From Nitrospinota bacterium (GTDB lineage Bacteria; UBA8248), in assembly GCA_030754595.1 (NCBI GenBank), contig JASLZZ010000107.1, positions 1 through 10,453 on the forward strand: a stretch of 10,453 nt of DNA. Reading direction: 5' to 3'. The notes below the pieces were generated by a model. It was given only the letters and a program-made list of their open reading frames with translations, did no database searches and had not been told where the DNA came from. Shown here piece by piece: positions 1-8,198 of the stretch (its first letter is position 1; every line of letters starts with the position of its first letter). The position numbers were made by a program, and so were the translations under genes.

Positions 1-42
1 GATGTCATTGACGATCTTTTCAGAGGACACTTCCTTGCTCAT
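1..42 (-). CDS. 5' end of the next gene of the operon, truncated by the window (MSKEVSSEKIVNDI...); product unknown
   Basis: Minus strand reads GGAAGGAG-CGTGAG-ATG: a strong Shine-Dalgarno 6 nt before an ATG at 42. The frame is open to the window edge and starts 41 bp after the M20 gene stop. Confidence 0.7.
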   Translation of the reverse strand, partial: MSKEVSSEKIVNDI

Positions 43-83
43 CTCACGCTCCTTCCAAAGATGAATGGGTCAGAAAGTGTCTC

Positions 84-1313
84 TTAGCGTATCACCCCAA
101 ATGGTCCACTAGGTTCTGAACCCATACATTCGCCATGCACAAGGGAGACAAGCAGCCGGCTGTACACCTGGGAGGTGAAAAACAGCTGCTGGGTCTCAAC
201 AAATTCATCCACCTGATGAGATATTCCGGCGTCGCCCGGCCCGATAATGAGAGTGGGGATTCCAGCCCGCACAAAATGGTTCATGTCTGTCGCCCCGGTT
301 TTACCCGTCGGCTCAAAATCCTCCCCCAGCACTTCCTTGACCGCCTGGCGCGCGGCATTGACCAGAGGATGATCGAGAGGGATCTCCGCCGGGCCGCCCG
401 TCGTCGGAATATGCCGGTCTATTTTGGCCTTGATGTTCGGGTTCGACTTCATCACGCGGTTGAGCACCTCTTGTATCTCTCGTTCCGCCTCCTCTTCGCT
501 CTCGCCCGGAACCAGCCGCCGGTCAACCACCACCTCGCAGGCGTCGGGAATGACATTATCCTTGATCCCGCCCTTCGCCAACGTGACCGTGCAGGTGGGA
601 TGCCCGCATAGCCGGTGTTTCCTCTCGGTCAAGCTTTCCCCGTATTTTTCGAGTTCCTGTAAAACAGGCGCCATCGCGAAGATGGCGTTCACCCCCAGAT
701 CGGGCCGCGAGGAGTGCGCGAGCACTCCCTCGGTGACCACCACGGGACGGAAACTGCCGCGATGAGCGACGACAACCCGGCTCGATGAGGGCTCGCCGAC
801 CAACGCGTAATCCGCACTGAAATTCTCGACGAGCTTCCTCGCTCCGCGCGAGCAAAACTCCTCGTCCGCCACGGCCGTCATGACGATATCGCCCTTAAGC
901 CGGACGCCGGAGCGGGAAACCGCGCGTATGGCATAAAGCTGACAGGCCAGCGAGCCTTTCGCGTCCGTCGAACCCCGGCCGTATACCCGTCCATCGCGAA
1001 TTTCGCCGCCAAAGGGCTTTTCGCTCCAGCCCTCTCCTGCGGGGACAACATCGATATGGGTATTGAACGCGAACGAGGGAGTTCCCTCTGCGCCGCGAAG
1101 CCGTCCGATGACATTCGGGCGGTCGGGCAAAACCTCCTGAAGCTCGACCTCGCAGCCGCTCTCCTTCAGGTGTTCGGCCACATACCGCGCGATTTCCTTC
1201 TCGGGGACATCGGGATTCGTCGAATCGATTTGAACCAGATCGGACAAAAGACTCGACACCTCCGACTCGGAGATGTTCGATAGAATCGCATCAACGTCCT
1301 TGTTCTTGTTCAA
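84..1313 (-). CDS. M20 family metallo-amidohydrolase/deacylase (ArgE/DapE-like), about 409 aa
   Basis: All canonical M20 motifs are present: FNTHIDVVP (HxD), GRGSTDAKG, ADEEFCS, VGEPS, AHSSRPDLGVNAI, NVIPD, GATDM, SHQVDE. The track start at 1493 overlaps the upstream gene. TTG at 1313 follows GAGGTG at 6 nt spacing; GTG at 1322 is the alternative start. Confidence 0.9.
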   Translation of the reverse strand: MNKNKDVDAILSNISESEVSSLLSDLVQIDSTNPDVPEKEIARYVAEHLKESGCEVELQEVLPDRPNVIGRLRGAEGTPSFAFNTHIDVVPAGEGWSEKPFGGEIRDGRVYGRGSTDAKGSLACQLYAIRAVSRSGVRLKGDIVMTAVADEEFCSRGARKLVENFSADYALVGEPSSSRVVVAHRGSFRPVVVTEGVLAHSSRPDLGVNAIFAMAPVLQELEKYGESLTERKHRLCGHPTCTVTLAKGGIKDNVIPDACEVVVDRRLVPGESEEEAEREIQEVLNRVMKSNPNIKAKIDRHIPTTGGPAEIPLDHPLVNAARQAVKEVLGEDFEPTGKTGATDMNHFVRAGIPTLIIGPGDAGISHQVDEFVETQQLFFTSQVYSRLLVSLVHGECMGSEPSGPFGVIR

Positions 1314-1350
1314 ATCATTCACCTCAATTAGCGCAAAACGATCTTTTTTC

Positions 1351-2508
1351 TCAGCCGACAACCAGATCGCGAGAAAAATTCGTGATGACCTCACAACCTG
1401 TATCCGTAACCGTAAGAGTTTCGCTGAGACCGAAACCCCACTTCTCGTCCACCCGAAGGGCCGGAGGCAAATGGAAAACCATTCCCGCCTCAATTACCCG
1501 ATCATCGTTTTGCTTTAAATCCATAATCGCGCCCTCACCCCATCCCGGCGCGAAACCGATGCCCACCGAGTAGCCAAGCCGCTTTTTGTAATACTCGTAG
1601 AGGTCTTTTTTCCGCAGAATTCCCGTGCATGCCTCGTCCACCTCGCCCGAAGTCACGCCGGGCCGAATGGCGACGATGGCCGCCTCAAGCCCTTCGTTCA
1701 GCGCATCCCACATTTTTTGCATGCGATCGGGGGGCGGCCCAATAACGGCGGAGCGCATGAGCGGTCCCGTATAGCGGTTGAATACGCCGCTGACCTCAAC
1801 CAAAAGCGTATCGCCCGTTTCCATTTTTCGGCGGCGAAACGAGGTGTGCGCAACAGCGGACCTGGGCCCTGAAGTTATAATGGGCGAAGTCGTAAACGGC
1901 TCGCTACCCGCACTGATCATCCCCGCAGCAGCCGCAGCAGCTACATCGTTTTCCGAATTTCCCTCCCGGGCGGCCTCAAGGGACTTTGCCATTCCCGCTT
2001 CGGTTATTTTTGCCGCCTGGCGGATGTATTCGATCTCGGTGGGAGATTTCACAAGACGGCCTTTTTCGACAGTCCCGCCCAAATCCCGCCATGTAACTTC
2101 CGGAAGGGACTCCTCGATTCGTTTTAGATTCCTGGAGGTCAACCAGTTGCTCGTGCCTTCATAGCCGATTTTCGCCGCGCCCAAACCACGATCTTCGAGA
2201 ACTCTTTTAGTCTCCGAAATCGGATCGTCCGTATCTTCCCAGATGACAACATCACTCACCCACGAGTAGTAATCCGCAAGGCGGCTTTCAAGACCCCGGC
2301 AAAGCAATGTGGGATCTCCAGAGCGGGGAACCAGGAGGAACTGATAGTTGGGGGTACCCGTCGTTTGATAGCCGGACAGATAAAAAACATTGTGGGTCTG
2401 GTGCACCAAGAGAGCATCGGCATTTTCCGCTTCAAGCTCTTTCTGGACTGCAGTAACACGCCCCCGAAACTCTTCTTCGGAGAAGATTAAGTCTTTTTCA
2501 AGCATCAT
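1351..2508 (-). CDS. M24 (creatinase/prolidase-fold) hydrolase, EutD/DoeA ectoine-hydrolase-like, probably metal-independent; paralog 2
   Basis: N-terminal FSEEEFRGRV...NVFYLSGY (Creatinase_N-like), RLVKSPTEIEYIR, AHTSF, VEVSGVFNRYTGPLMRS, KRLGYSVGIGFAPGWGE, GMVFH, SETLTVTDTGCE. GGGGGTG precedes ATG ATG (start 2508 or 2505). Confidence 0.88.
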   Translation of the reverse strand: MMLEKDLIFSEEEFRGRVTAVQKELEAENADALLVHQTHNVFYLSGYQTTGTPNYQFLLVPRSGDPTLLCRGLESRLADYYSWVSDVVIWEDTDDPISETKRVLEDRGLGAAKIGYEGTSNWLTSRNLKRIEESLPEVTWRDLGGTVEKGRLVKSPTEIEYIRQAAKITEAGMAKSLEAAREGNSENDVAAAAAAGMISAGSEPFTTSPIITSGPRSAVAHTSFRRRKMETGDTLLVEVSGVFNRYTGPLMRSAVIGPPPDRMQKMWDALNEGLEAAIVAIRPGVTSGEVDEACTGILRKKDLYEYYKKRLGYSVGIGFAPGWGEGAIMDLKQNDDRVIEAGMVFHLPPALRVDEKWGFGLSETLTVTDTGCEVITNFSRDLVVG

Positions 2509-2530
2509 AACACCCCCGTGACGATTAAAC

Positions 2531-3694
2531 TCATCGAACAGCCAGTTCGCGAGAGAATTTCGTGATCACCTCACAACCGCCATCGGTAACAAGAATCGTC
2601 TCACTCAAGCCAAATCCCCAAATACCATCCACCCGAAGCGCCGGCGGCATGTGAAATACCATTCCTGTCGCGAGTTCACGGGTATCCCCCCGTTTTAGAT
2701 CGATGATATGGCCGTTTCCCCAGTCGGGCGGAAATCCCACTCCGACCGAATAGCCGAGGCGCTTCCGGTAATTATCGTAAAGACCCGCCTTTTCGATGAC
2801 GGCCGTGCACGCCGCATCGGCCTCGCCGGAAGTGACCCCGGGCCGAATAACGGCGATGGCCGCCTCAAGCGCTTCGATAAGGACGTTCCACATGCCCTGA
2901 AGACGCTCGGGCGGTTTCCCGACAACGGCGGAGCGCATCAGCGGCGCCGAATAGCGGTAATACGATCCGGTCCACTCGAGAAGGACGGTATCGCCCTTTT
3001 CGAGCTTTCTGCGCAAAAAAGAGGTATGCGCAACCGCCGAGCGGGGGCCCGATGTCAGGATAGGCGACATGGTCAGCGGCTCGCTTCCAGCCGCGATGGT
3101 CGCGGCGGCTCCGGCGGCCGCCACATCGTTTTCACTGGCCCCATCGCGAATCGCCTCGATGGCCGCCTGCATCCCGGCCTCGGTGGTGCGCGCGGAGCGG
3201 CGGATATATTCGATCTCGGCGGGCGACTTGATCATCCGGCCCTCTTCCACTATTCCCGCCTGATCGGACCACTCCGCCCCGGGAAGAGCGTTCTTAAGGC
3301 TCGCGAATACCCGCGTTGTGAAAGAGGGGCTCGTCCCTTCATAGCCGAGATGACCCGAGGCGATCCGTTTTTCCTCGAGCAGCGATCGCGTCAACTCGAC
3401 CGGATCTTCGTCGTCTTCCCAGACGACGATATCCTCAAACGGCGTGTAGTAGCGTCCCAGATCCCCCTCCAGCCGCCTGAGGAAAAGCGTGGGCTCACCC
3501 GACCGGGGCACCAGTACGAACTGGTAATTGTTCTGACCAACCGTCTGGTAGCCCGTCAGGTAATTCATGTTGTGAATTTGAAAAACTAAAACGGCGTCCA
3601 CACCACGCTCGGCCAAAATCTCTTGCACAGCCGAAACGCGGCCGCGGTATTCCCCTTCCGAGAACGCCAGTTCCTTCTGTATTTTCGTTGTCAT
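2531..3694 (-). CDS. M24 (creatinase/prolidase-fold) hydrolase, EutD/DoeA ectoine-hydrolase-like, probably metal-independent; paralog 1
   Basis: FSEGEYRGRV...NMNYLTGY, RMIKSPAEIEYIR, AHTSF, LEWTGSYYRYSAPLMRS, KRLGYSVGVGFPPDWG (resembles the EutD GYxxGxxYPPDWGE segment), SETILVTDGGCE. Aligns without gaps to the neighbouring paralog (about 230/385 identical by hand count, about 60%). Confidence 0.88.
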   Translation of the reverse strand: MTTKIQKELAFSEGEYRGRVSAVQEILAERGVDAVLVFQIHNMNYLTGYQTVGQNNYQFVLVPRSGEPTLFLRRLEGDLGRYYTPFEDIVVWEDDEDPVELTRSLLEEKRIASGHLGYEGTSPSFTTRVFASLKNALPGAEWSDQAGIVEEGRMIKSPAEIEYIRRSARTTEAGMQAAIEAIRDGASENDVAAAGAAATIAAGSEPLTMSPILTSGPRSAVAHTSFLRRKLEKGDTVLLEWTGSYYRYSAPLMRSAVVGKPPERLQGMWNVLIEALEAAIAVIRPGVTSGEADAACTAVIEKAGLYDNYRKRLGYSVGVGFPPDWGNGHIIDLKRGDTRELATGMVFHMPPALRVDGIWGFGLSETILVTDGGCEVITKFSRELAVR

Positions 3695-3710
3695 TTAAAA
3701 GTTCAGACCT

Positions 3711-4721
3711 TTACTTGTTGTATTCGTTCGTCCAAAGGTGTCCTTCTCGAAGATCCAGTTTTTCCTTGAGGACGCCGCCGGCATGCATGGTGTTCACCAT
3801 GTTGGCGATAGCCGTTTTCCTGAGCTTTCCGTCCCGCGGCAGCGCGGGCAGGAAATCTTTCAGCGTATCCTTGAGCACCACTTTTTGGGCTTTTTTGAAC
3901 CAGTTCTTTTTCAAAAGATCGACCGACTCATCCAGATTGTCATGGAGATAGTTCACACCCTTCTTCAGCGCGCGTATGTAGGCCCGCACGGTATTGCCGT
4001 TGTCCTTCAACCAGCCTTCCCGGACCGCATACATCGAATAGGCGTAGCTCCTGAATTCGGGCACGTCGCCGGACGTGCTTTTAATGATGATTTTTCCGAA
4101 TCCCCCTCGTACGGCCGTTCCGGGCCGGGGGGGCGAAAGCATGAAACCGTCGATCTGTCCCGTGCGCAACGCGGCGAGGAGATTTGTTCCGCCGCCAATC
4201 GGGATGATGGTGGCATCGCGATCCGGATCGAGGCCCGCCTTCTTGAGGTAATAGCGTGTGTAGAGGTCGGTTACGGCGCCGCGGCGCGTGATGCCGATCT
4301 TAAGTCCCTTCAATCCCTTGTAGCGGGCCATCAGGGGGATTTTGCGGGAGAGGCCGAGCCTGTCCGCAACGACCTTGTTCATGACGAAATCCATCGTCAT
4401 GCGGTTACTCACGCCATAAATCCATTTCATGTTCTTTCCGTTTTTCCGCAGACCCAGCATGTCTTTCGCATTCAGAAGGGCAATTTCGGCCTGTTTCGTA
4501 CTAAGGAAGATCGCGCTGAACTTTCCGCTCTTAATGCGCTGAACGTCCAGGTCGATCCCCTCGGCTTTGAAAAATCCTTTCGATTTAGCGACATAGGCGG
4601 CCGAGTTATAGGAAATACGAAAATCCGCGTAAGTCACCTTGGTCGCCGCGTAGGCGGCGGAGCCGAAAGCCAATACCATGATCGCGGCAAATCCAAAAAT
4701 GAAGAATCGGGTCTTGCTCAT
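3711..4721 (-). CDS. ABC transporter substrate-binding protein, NitT/TauT (SsuA/THI5/NMT1-like) family, 336 aa
   Basis: AGGAGG RBS before ATG 4721. Sec signal peptide MSKTRFFIFGFAAIMVLAFGSAAYA|A. Family segments YVAKSKGFFKAEGIDL, LKGLKIGIT, LKKAGLDP and AALRTGQIDG. Adjacent to a permease and an ATPase. Confidence 0.9.
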   Translation of the reverse strand: MSKTRFFIFGFAAIMVLAFGSAAYAATKVTYADFRISYNSAAYVAKSKGFFKAEGIDLDVQRIKSGKFSAIFLSTKQAEIALLNAKDMLGLRKNGKNMKWIYGVSNRMTMDFVMNKVVADRLGLSRKIPLMARYKGLKGLKIGITRRGAVTDLYTRYYLKKAGLDPDRDATIIPIGGGTNLLAALRTGQIDGFMLSPPRPGTAVRGGFGKIIIKSTSGDVPEFRSYAYSMYAVREGWLKDNGNTVRAYIRALKKGVNYLHDNLDESVDLLKKNWFKKAQKVVLKDTLKDFLPALPRDGKLRKTAIANMVNTMHAGGVLKEKLDLREGHLWTNEYNK

Positions 4722-4732
4722 GTTCTTTCCTC

Positions 4733-5632
4733 CTATCCGTTGGGAACGACTCCTTCGGGACCCGGCGGGCGCCACCGAAGAAATCGCTTCTCCAGAAAAG
4801 AAACTACTCCGTTCATACAAACGACCATTATTAAAATAGAGAATATCGCGGCGAAAGCTGCGGCAATATCCCATTCGCTCTGAGCGTCAATGATCATAAA
4901 GCCGATTCCGCGGTTCGATGATATGAATTCTCCGACCAGAGCCCCTATCATGCAACTGGGGACGGACACCCGCAATCCGGCGATGATAAACGGCAACGCC
5001 GAAGGAAGCTGTATCTTCCACATCCGCTGAAAAGGACCCGCCCCCATTACCGATACGACATTCAACAAATCCCGGCTCACTCCCTGGATCCCGGCGGTCG
5101 TGTTCACGAAATTCACGAAAAAAACGATCAGGCTTGCGACAGCGATTTTCGAGGAAATGCCGATGCCGAACCAGAGAATGAACAAAGGCGCCAGAGCAAT
5201 CCGGGGAATCCCGTAAAAGGCAACGATAAAAGGCTGAATCATTCTGTATATCGAGGGAAAATATAATAAGGCGAAACCACAGACAATACCGCCGATGGTT
5301 CCGATGAAGTAGCCGCTCAGGGCTTCGGTCAACGTGTATTGCGCGTGGTAGAGCATATCCCCGTTAATTACGTCGCCCACCCAACTCACAATGATGCGCG
5401 AGGGCTTGCTCACAAAAAAAGAATCGATAACGGGCCCCGAAAGAAGCTCCCAAAGTCCAACTACTGCGAAGAAAAAAACGATTCGGGTCAGGATGGTTTT
5501 CTTGCGAAGCTGCAAGACCGCGGCTGCCGCATCATCCTCGACCCGGCGCTCCAAGGCGCGCTCTTCACCGGTGAGAGGCGTCACCTCCCGGGAAACGATT
5601 TGCATCTTCGGTGGCGATCCGTCTGTGTTCAT
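4733..5632 (-). CDS. ABC transporter permease, NitT/TauT (SsuC/TauC-like) family, 299 aa
   Basis: ATG 5632 overlaps the ATPase stop (ATGA). Several hydrophobic helices. Motifs IPRIALAPLFILWFGIG, the EAA-loop region VMGAGPFQRMWKIQLPSALPFIIAGLR, and GALVGEFISSNRGIG. Confidence 0.92.
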   Translation of the reverse strand: MNTDGSPPKMQIVSREVTPLTGEERALERRVEDDAAAAVLQLRKKTILTRIVFFFAVVGLWELLSGPVIDSFFVSKPSRIIVSWVGDVINGDMLYHAQYTLTEALSGYFIGTIGGIVCGFALLYFPSIYRMIQPFIVAFYGIPRIALAPLFILWFGIGISSKIAVASLIVFFVNFVNTTAGIQGVSRDLLNVVSVMGAGPFQRMWKIQLPSALPFIIAGLRVSVPSCMIGALVGEFISSNRGIGFMIIDAQSEWDIAAAFAAIFSILIMVVCMNGVVSFLEKRFLRWRPPGPEGVVPNG

Positions 5633-6471
5633 TCGCTCGGATTCCTGTCTTTCGATTCCATGCGATCCGCGGTGATTTCTCTTTTCAGGTCGTTCCACAA
5701 AGCGTTGTAAAGATCCTGAAACCCTTCTTCTTCGTGGATATGGAACACGTCCCGCGGCCGGGGGATCGGAACTTCGTACATGGAGACTATTTGGCCAGGC
5801 GCTCTCGAGAGAACAACGATACGATCCGAAAGGACAATGCTCTCGATGAGATCGTGCGTGATAAAAAGTGTCGTCTGCTCCCGGTGTTCCCACAGCTTCA
5901 GCAATTCATCCTGCATGAGGGTTCGCGTCTGCGCATCGAGGGGGCCGAAAGGTTCATCCATCAAAATAGTATCCGGCTCCCATGCCAGGGTGCGCGCTAT
6001 GCCCACACGCTTCTGCATTCCGCCCGAGAGTTCATGGGGATAAAATTCCTCGAACCCCTCCAGGCCGACCATCTTGACGTATTGTCCCGCCCTCTCGCGG
6101 CTTTCGGAGGAGGAAAACCCCTTGAGTTCCATGGCAAGCTCGACATTGCCAAACAGGTTTCGCCAGGGAAGAAGGTTGTCCGACTGCGTGACATAGGCGA
6201 CATCGGTGTTGACGCCTTTGATGGCTCCTCCTTTATAGAGGAGGTCTCCCTCGGTGATATCTATCAGGCCCGCCACCATGTTGAGAAAAGTGCTCTTCCC
6301 GCAACCGCTGGGCCCCACCAGGGTGACAAACTCCCCCTTTTGAATGGACAGATCGAGTCCGCGCAAAGCCGTAAAAGCTTTCCCCACCCCTCCGGCTCTT
6401 CCCGGATATATTTTATATACGGCATGCGATTCGATGACATTTCCTTCCAAGGAACCGGAAGTCGTGTTCAT
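5629..6471 (-). CDS. ABC transporter ATP-binding protein, NitT/TauT (SsuB/TauB-like) family, 280 aa
   Basis: GAGGGA RBS before ATG 6471. Walker A GPSGCGKS, signature LSGGMQKR, Walker B ILMDEPFGPLD, H-switch ITHD, C-terminal PIPRPRD typical of SsuB/TauB. Confidence 0.95.
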   Translation of the reverse strand: MNTTSGSLEGNVIESHAVYKIYPGRAGGVGKAFTALRGLDLSIQKGEFVTLVGPSGCGKSTFLNMVAGLIDITEGDLLYKGGAIKGVNTDVAYVTQSDNLLPWRNLFGNVELAMELKGFSSSESRERAGQYVKMVGLEGFEEFYPHELSGGMQKRVGIARTLAWEPDTILMDEPFGPLDAQTRTLMQDELLKLWEHREQTTLFITHDLIESIVLSDRIVVLSRAPGQIVSMYEVPIPRPRDVFHIHEEEGFQDLYNALWNDLKREITADRMESKDRNPSE

Positions 6472-6481
6472 ATTTCCCTCA

Positions 6482-8194
6482 TCATGCGCCCGCCGGCGCA
6501 AGGCTAATCTCTGAAACTTCGACCACACTGCTCGTGGACACGTTCAGGATCACTGATTTTTTCCACTCGGCATCGTCTTGCTCGGGGAAATCTTCGCGGT
6601 AATGGGCGCCGCGGCTCTCTTTTCGGGCCATCGCCGCTGTAAGGCACAGGCGGCCGGTCTCGAGCAAATTCCCTATCTCCATGGCTGCTTCGAGCTCCTT
6701 GATATCGCCGAGAGGAAAACCGTCCAGTTCTTTAAGTTGGCTTTCAACATACGCCAAACCTTCCCGCAAGGAGGAGTCATTTCGGACAATACCCAAATGA
6801 CGCCACATCTTATCGCCGAGCTCGGCTCGCCAAGTCTTTAAGGTTTTCTTTCCCGTGGATTCGGCTCCACCCAAAGAAGAAATTTTTTCTTCCCACCTCT
6901 TCGCCGCCTCCTCAGGAAGGAGAGAGGATTCCTTATCTTTCGCATAAGCCGCGGCACTATCTCCGGCGCGCTTTCCGAAAACCTGGGTTTCGGGAAGCGA
7001 ATTGCTGTTTAACCGGTTGGCACCGTGAATTCCACCGGCGGTTTCTCCGGCGACATAAAGACCAGCCACGCTGGAAAGGCCGTCCTCGTCAATGGAAACC
7101 CCTCCCATGAAAAAATGAGCTTCCGGCGCGATGATCATCCGCATGTCGTGTGGTTTCTGGCCGCGTTGAACATAAACCCGGTTAAGGCGTGGATTCGTTT
7201 TGGCGAAATCACCGGGGGACACACCGGAAATATCCAGGAGCACTCCTCCGTCCGACACCTTCCCGCTGCGGATTTGATCGTATATCCCCCGGGCGGCGAT
7301 ATCCCTGAATGTGGCGTCTTTTCGGATCGGATCAAATTTTTCCATGAAACGCTCGCCATCCGAATTAAACAGCTTCCCGCCAACCGAAAAAGTGGATGGC
7401 TGAATCGGCATCCGCGTTTTATTGAACGGCTGGATGCAGCGCCAGGGGTAGAACTGGATGAACTCCATGTCCCGGAGACGCGCTCCCGCATGAAAAGCCA
7501 GAACATACCCGTCTCCGGTCACATCGACGGGATTGCTCGTCCACGAAAAAAGTCTTCCGCAACCGCCTGTCGCGAGAACAATCGCCTTGGCGCTGATAAC
7601 CACCAGTTCTCCCGCTGAGCGGTCCAGGCAAACGGCGCCGGCGATTTTTCCGCCCGAGACCAATAGCTCGAGAGCCATGGTGTTCTCGAAGGAAATAACG
7701 TTCCTCTCTTCGGCAGCGCGAACCAACGCCAGCGTCATGTCCAGGCCCAGGGAATTTTTGGGGCCCACCACCCTGGCAAACGTATGGTCTCCGCTCGGTG
7801 TTTTGAGCAAATGGCCGTCCGCCTGCTTCAGCTCAACCCCCCATTCAAGTAATTCTCGAAGGCGGGCGGGCGCTTCCTCGCAAACGAGCCGCGCCAGATG
7901 CGGGTCGTTCATCCACTTTCCGCCCTCCATCGTGTCCCGGTAATGCGTCTCGATGCTGTCGTTTTCCGCCGCCGCTCCTTCGGGAAACTCAAGAACGTCT
8001 TTCACCCCTCCCTCCGGGAGAACAGCGGCATACCCCGCCGTTGTATTCGCGGAAGAGCCGCTTCGCCCCAGCTTCCGCTTCACGGCAACGCCGACACGAA
8101 GACCGGGCTCTTCCGACGCCGCTATCGCCGCCCGAAGGGCCGCGAGGCCTCCTCCGACAATCAGGACATCGACCTCTTCCCGGCGCGGCTCCAT
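6482..8194 (-). CDS. FAD-dependent oxidoreductase of the fumarate reductase/succinate dehydrogenase flavoprotein/L-aspartate oxidase superfamily, 570 aa; substrate unknown
   Basis: ATG 8194 lies 4 nt after the upstream stop. Motifs DVLIVGGGLAALRAA (FAD Rossmann), IVLATGG, TGDG, DMEFIQFYP, AHFFMGG, GLYVAGE, HGANRLNSNSL, and C-terminal RKESRGAHYREDFP. No Fe-S subunit gene or nadA/nadC in the window. Confidence 0.9.
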   Translation of the reverse strand: MEPRREEVDVLIVGGGLAALRAAIAASEEPGLRVGVAVKRKLGRSGSSANTTAGYAAVLPEGGVKDVLEFPEGAAAENDSIETHYRDTMEGGKWMNDPHLARLVCEEAPARLRELLEWGVELKQADGHLLKTPSGDHTFARVVGPKNSLGLDMTLALVRAAEERNVISFENTMALELLVSGGKIAGAVCLDRSAGELVVISAKAIVLATGGCGRLFSWTSNPVDVTGDGYVLAFHAGARLRDMEFIQFYPWRCIQPFNKTRMPIQPSTFSVGGKLFNSDGERFMEKFDPIRKDATFRDIAARGIYDQIRSGKVSDGGVLLDISGVSPGDFAKTNPRLNRVYVQRGQKPHDMRMIIAPEAHFFMGGVSIDEDGLSSVAGLYVAGETAGGIHGANRLNSNSLPETQVFGKRAGDSAAAYAKDKESSLLPEEAAKRWEEKISSLGGAESTGKKTLKTWRAELGDKMWRHLGIVRNDSSLREGLAYVESQLKELDGFPLGDIKELEAAMEIGNLLETGRLCLTAAMARKESRGAHYREDFPEQDDAEWKKSVILNVSTSSVVEVSEISLAPAGA

Positions 8195-8198
8195 CTCG

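Noticed and set aside
1640..2870. Near-identical nucleotide stretches around 1640-1690 and 2820-2870
   Set aside because: Explained by the M24 gene duplication; not an independent repeat element or CRISPR array.
1351..3694. Calling the hydrolases eutD/doeA or pepP/pepQ, i.e. a standard ectoine cluster
   Set aside because: The metal ligands and the ectoine-specific loop are absent, and no eutABCE, doeBCD or known ectoine transporter is present.
6482..8194. Calling the flavoprotein nadB, sdhA or frdA
   Set aside because: The QFHP His, the TE motif and the covalent His are missing, and there are no nadA/nadC or sdhB/frdB neighbours.
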